Shown here piece after piece: positions 59,723-64,000 of a stretch of DNA of 64,000 nt (its first letter is position 1; every line of letters starts with the position of its first letter). The notes under the pieces are model-generated. The model saw nothing but the letters and a program-made list of their open reading frames with translations, did not search any database and was not told where the DNA came from. The translations under genes were made by a program, and so were the position numbers. The stretch spans positions 8,723,665 to 8,787,664 of the forward strand of contig NC_057720.1 of the NCBI RefSeq assembly GCF_004010195.1, given 5' to 3'. This DNA comes from Chiloscyllium plagiosum (taxonomy: Eukaryota).

Positions 59723-60526
59723 TTATGAATTGTATATATTGCATCTGAAATCTGTGACAACAGATTTCAAATATCAAATTGCCTGCAAATTTGCACTGAA
59801 GCTTGTAAAGGTTTTACCTCACCCTGTTGATTGGTTTGGAATCTCTGCTGCTTGATAAATGAGTCCTGCTTGTTTAACTATTTTGCTGAATGATTCCAGT
59901 GTCTTTGACTTTATTAAAACAGTCTCTGTTTTCAGCACAGTTTTACTGAATGATTCCTACACCATGATTTTCTCAAATAAATGAATCCCACCTTTGTTGC
60001 AGCACTTACGAAGATTTCCTGCTTTGTTTGAGGCCTGGATGAATCCCTTGCCCCATGAGACTTAGACTTTTAATGTGTCCAATGTTATCACTTTAATTAC
60101 TGGCTTTGCGATCTCCCTTGGTCTGAGACCTTGAATTAATATTTATTTTGCAGCCCTTATGTTTTCATAACTGTGCCTCCGGGTGCTCTCTCGCTATGTC
60201 AGTGACACCAGGCCTGAGCTGTAAGTGATATTTTTAACATCTTGCTTTTCATATCTGGATTGCTGTGCTGCAATCAAGTTTCCCCTGGCCACTATTAAAC
60301 TTTACTTCCATTGTTTGTTTTCTCATGATTGAACTCTGATTTGGGACCACTCCGACAGATCACGACCTCACACTTCAGCACCTATCTTCTTCAGAGTTAC
60401 CGGTACTCCTTCTCCAGGGAGTTGCCAACTTTCCTCATCCAGCTCATGCCCAACCACATTTGAAATGCTTTTACTGTATACTGGAGTTTGTTCCAGGATT
60501 GCCATGATGGTTTCCTCTGTGAGGCT

Positions 60527-60990
60527 CATAGAACCATAGAATTTTACAATACAGAACGAGGATATTCAACTCACTCCTAAAAAGCAACCTAATTACTCCC
60601 ATTTTCCAACCTTATCCCCGTACTCCCCCAAATTCAACACTTGCAAATAAATATCCAGCTCTCCTTTGAAGCCTCCTATGGAAGCCACCTCCACCACACT
60701 GTCAGACAGCACCTTCCAAATCCGAACAACTCTCTGAGCAAAGAAGTTTCTCCTCATCTCACTCCCAGCTCTCTTGCTGACAATCTTGAAATTGTGCCGC
60801 CTAGTTACTGACACACCAATGAGTGGAAACAGAATGTCCTTTTTTTCCCTGTCAAAATTATTCATAATTTTGAACACCTCGGAAAGGTCATCTCATGCTT
60901 TTCCGTGCTCCACAGAGAATAAACTCCATTTCTCTAGTTCTACCTTGCACCTAAGATCACTTATTCTTGGCATCATTCTAGTAAGTCATC
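60527..60990 (-). mobile_element. CR1 3' end (subfamily of 29872-30204)
   Basis: VTRRHNFKIV..RRNFFAQRVVRIWKVL. Confidence 0.85.
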
Positions 60991-61184
60991 TTCTTAAATG
61001 TTTAGCTGTCTCCTGCTACTTACTGTGTTGTATAAGGGGACAGTGTAAAACGGAGTCTGAAGATCTCACACTGCTCTTCACTGTGTGATGAATGGGCAAT
61101 CAAATCAAATCTAACCCCCTGCTCACCATGCTGTCTTGCCATGACAGCTCACTACACAGAGAGAGGTGCTGCTCAGGATGAAGG

Positions 61185-61775
61185 TGGATTTGATTTGATT
61201 TATTCGTTCATTGTCACGTGTACCAAAGTACAGTGAAAAGCTTTGTTTACGAGCAGATCATTGTAAGCAAGGATGTACGGAACAAAAGATTTAGACAAAG
61301 GCATACAGGTAACATTGCACAGGGTGTACAAGAGATCAACCTTAGCAAGATCAGCAATATTTGAGGCTGGAGAATCCAATCAATAAGCTATTAACGTCAA
61401 GGAAAAAGCTGCCTCTGAACCTACTGGTTGTATGTTTAGGCTTCTGTACTTTCTGCCTGACAGAGGAGATTGTTGGAGAACATTACCGGGGTGCAATGGG
61501 TCATGGAAGATGTTAGCAGCCTTTCCACAGCAATGAACCGTGTAAATAGAGTCCATGGGTGGAAGGTTGGCTTCCATGATGGTCTGGGCTGTGCACGCCA
61601 TTTTCTGTATTTTCTTACAGTCCTGGCCAGGGCAATTGCTGTACCAGGCCTATGTACCCGGACAGTATACTCTCAATGTTGCATCTGCAGAAGTTGGTGA
61701 GGGTCCTTATAGACATGCCAAATTTCCTGAGTCACCTGAGGAAGAAAAGATGTTGTTGTGCCTTCTTGACCGTCA
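61185..61775 (-). mobile_element. Rex1/Babar LINE 3' end
   Basis: TAQTIMEANLPPMDSIY..KAANIFHDPLHPG..PLSGRKYRS C-terminus; (gattt)n tail. Confidence 0.8.
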
Positions 61776-62351
61776 CCATCTCTTGCTGTTGGATACTGCA
61801 GAGCCTGCTTGGATCCAGTGCAGGTGAGGAAAACCACCTCTCGGTCTAACTAGATGAAGATACAGTTTATCACATGTTCACAGCTAGTTACAGGTTACAT
61901 TGATTTAATAGACATAGTTATGGAGACTTTGAGGAAGACCAGATGTTAAGACTCACTCCTTTGAGATTATAAACTATTCTGCCCATAAGTCCATGTGACA
62001 TGATCTAAGTGGGTGGTGCTTATGGCACTCCTCAATATTAACCATTTCAAACTGTTATCTTTTTCTCTCATTAGTCAATTCATAACCAAACTGTGCTGGA
62101 AGCTCAAAGTACACTTCTGAGTACCATGCGTTATATTAATAAGCTGGTCCTAGGTCTTTTCAGACAGAGAGAACAACTGCACATACCATACCCACTTCAA
62201 CTCAACAGAACACGTGACAGCTATTCTGTTGTTTATTGCTCAGGGTAATGCCTCAATCAGTGAGAATCAACCTGCTTGGTTTAAAATTTAAACAAGATTA
62301 ACAGTTAACTCTCAGTCATTAGGAAGTATGCATTCATTGTACTGTGGCAGG

Positions 62352-62468
62352 TAGCCCATGCAGACATGGAGAGAATGTGCAAACTCTACACAGACAGTCA
62401 CCTGAGGATGGAATTGAACCTGGGTCCCTGCCGCTGTGAGGCAGCAATACTAACCACTATACCACCCT
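62352..62468 (-). mobile_element. HE1-like SINE 5' half
   Basis: cccatgcagacatggagagaatgtgcaaactc...gctgtgaggcagca. Confidence 0.85.
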
Positions 62469-62575
62469 AATTGTTGCAGTTGCTTCAAATTTGGCATTCC
62501 TGAATTCATCCGGATGGATGCAAGATGAATAGTTTAGCAACATGTTTCTCTTGTTAGCAGTGAAATGCATCAATA

Positions 62576-63738
62576 TAAATCTCATGCATGATGGATGGAG
62601 GAATTACCCAAACAAACCCATTTTGACTACGACTTGCAGAGTGACTAAATTCAACTTTCATTTCGGTTTGTTTGAAATTAGAGTGTGTTTTTTAAATAAT
62701 AAAATGCTGAGAGTGCTGAAAATATTTTAAACAGGCAAGCAATTCCGATGTTTAAAATAACAGAGTTAGATTTCCTGCCTTGGTGCTTGAGGTTGGAGAT
62801 GTGAAGGATCATGGATTCCTCAGTCATTACAAATGGATAGTTGGGAATGAGACTATCCTCTGACATGTGATACCGCTCTGTGCCTGGAAAACTGAGACAG
62901 GATAATGCCAACAGAAAATAAAACGCGTTGCGGCTAAACATTAAAGGCAATTGCACCCAATGATGAATCGCAGAAGATTTGTTAAGAAGGCATGGGCAGG
63001 AAATATTTCTAAGCGATGTTTATTAAAATATAGCAACCAAATTGTACAGCTAGAGTGTATCGTTTACCACTTAGTGCCAAAAAAAATAAAGTCACTGAAT
63101 TAAATCTATTAAGTTTACTTTATTCCTGAATATATTTATATTAGAAGGCAGTTTCATTATGTTGGAACAATACTAGCATATCAGCAGTTTAAAGTATATT
63201 TGTTTAAACTTCATCAAACACAGCATGCTTTATTAAAGTATAGCCGTTGCTGGAAACCAGAAGAGTTCCAACACAGAAGATGACTGTTTTTAGGTTCAGA
63301 CGCAGATTGGGTCATGGGAGAGCTCAGACGAATGGTCTTAGCTCAGTCACTGGGAGGCCCTGGTCCTGCAGCTGACAAGATGTGTGCAGGAGACAGTGTG
63401 TGTCCAGCATTGAATAATCAGCTCAAGAAGGTGAGGTCTGGGCTGGAGATCCAATCCCAAACAATAGGTGACTTCCATAAGTTGCCAGTAGGTGAGGGCT
63501 GGTTCATAAAGGGTTAACGCTTAAAATGTAACGATTTAGTCCACATCAGTAACGACGTAAGTGATTACATGATAGCAAAGAGATTGGTTACAATGCAGAG
63601 GGAGGCCATTTAACCCATCATGTATGCACTGTCTCTCTGTGAGATATTTGAAATAAAAGTTGAATTTAGTCACTCTGCAAATCATAGCCAAAATGGATTT
63701 GTTTGGGGAATTCCTCCATCCATCATGCATGGGACTTA
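62576..63738. repeat. Dispersed 89-bp inverted repeat (62576-62664 / 63650-63738)
   Basis: 8 mismatches in 89 bp by eye; the ORF track shows twin peptides MHDGWRN.PNK.IL...CRVTKFNF on opposite strands. Confidence 0.9.
63294..63430 (+). CDS. Candidate exon, unidentified (..SDADWVMGELRRMVLAQSLGGPGPAADKMCAGDSVCPALNNQLKK)
   Basis: ttttag|g acceptor with a short pyrimidine tract, AAG|GTGAGG donor, a single open frame, strong Kozak gtcATGg at 63315. Confidence 0.25.
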
Positions 63739-63832
63739 ACAATGATTCATGTTAACTCAATGCCAATCTCATACTTTTGCCCCATAACTCTACACATTAT
63801 TTCTATTTACGTAGTCATCCCAACACCCTCTT

Positions 63833-64000
63833 TAGATTAGATTAGATTACATTACAGTGTGGAAACAGGCCCTTCGGCCCAACAAGTCCACGCCGAAGCG
63901 AAACCCACCCATACCCCTACATTTACCCCTTACCTAACACTACGGGCAATTTAGGATGGCCAATTCACCTGACCCTGCACATCTTTTGGACTGTGGGAGG
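63833..64000 (-). mobile_element. HE1-like SINE 3' part (runs off window)
   Basis: ttagattagattagattac...ggcccttcggccc...ggactgtgggagg. Confidence 0.92.

Noticed and set aside
62576..63738. TIR DNA transposon of ~1.16 kb
   Set aside because: The right repeat is embedded in a continuous CR1 remnant and there is no clean TSD; kept only as an alternative explanation.

Overview
Repeat-dense vertebrate genomic DNA, almost certainly from an elasmobranch (shark-type). It contains about 20 copies of a tRNA-derived V-SINE (HE1-like) and many decayed CR1-clade LINE fragments (HER1-like), which share the SINE's GGGCCGAAGGGCC 3' stem-loop. It also holds Rex1/Babar, L2/Crack-like and Tx1 LINE ends, DeuSINE-like remnants, two further tRNA SINE families, short solo LTRs and a 162-N assembly gap. 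I recognise no intact protein-coding gene. The long ORFs in the track are retroelement pieces, and the TE-poor islands hold only candidate promoters or first exons, so the window looks intronic or intergenic. The most striking structure is roughly 20 insertions derived from Penelope-like elements (PLEs) in at least three sequence families. They carry minimal type I hammerhead ribozyme cores (CUGAnGA-A-stem II-GAAA-palindromic stem III). Many form ~180-220 bp non-coding units: a long inverted repeat, a 34-38 nt single-copy 3' tail and 12-16 bp target-site duplications (TSDs). Two such copies have the same arm length and nearly the same spacer, yet carry private substitutions mirrored on both arms. 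This suggests a mobile, non-autonomous ribozyme-hairpin retroelement whose arms are homogenised. The RT + GIY-YIG partner element is present as decayed fragments in the same window. All coordinates were read by eye; repeat boundaries are approximate and family names come from recognition, not database searches.
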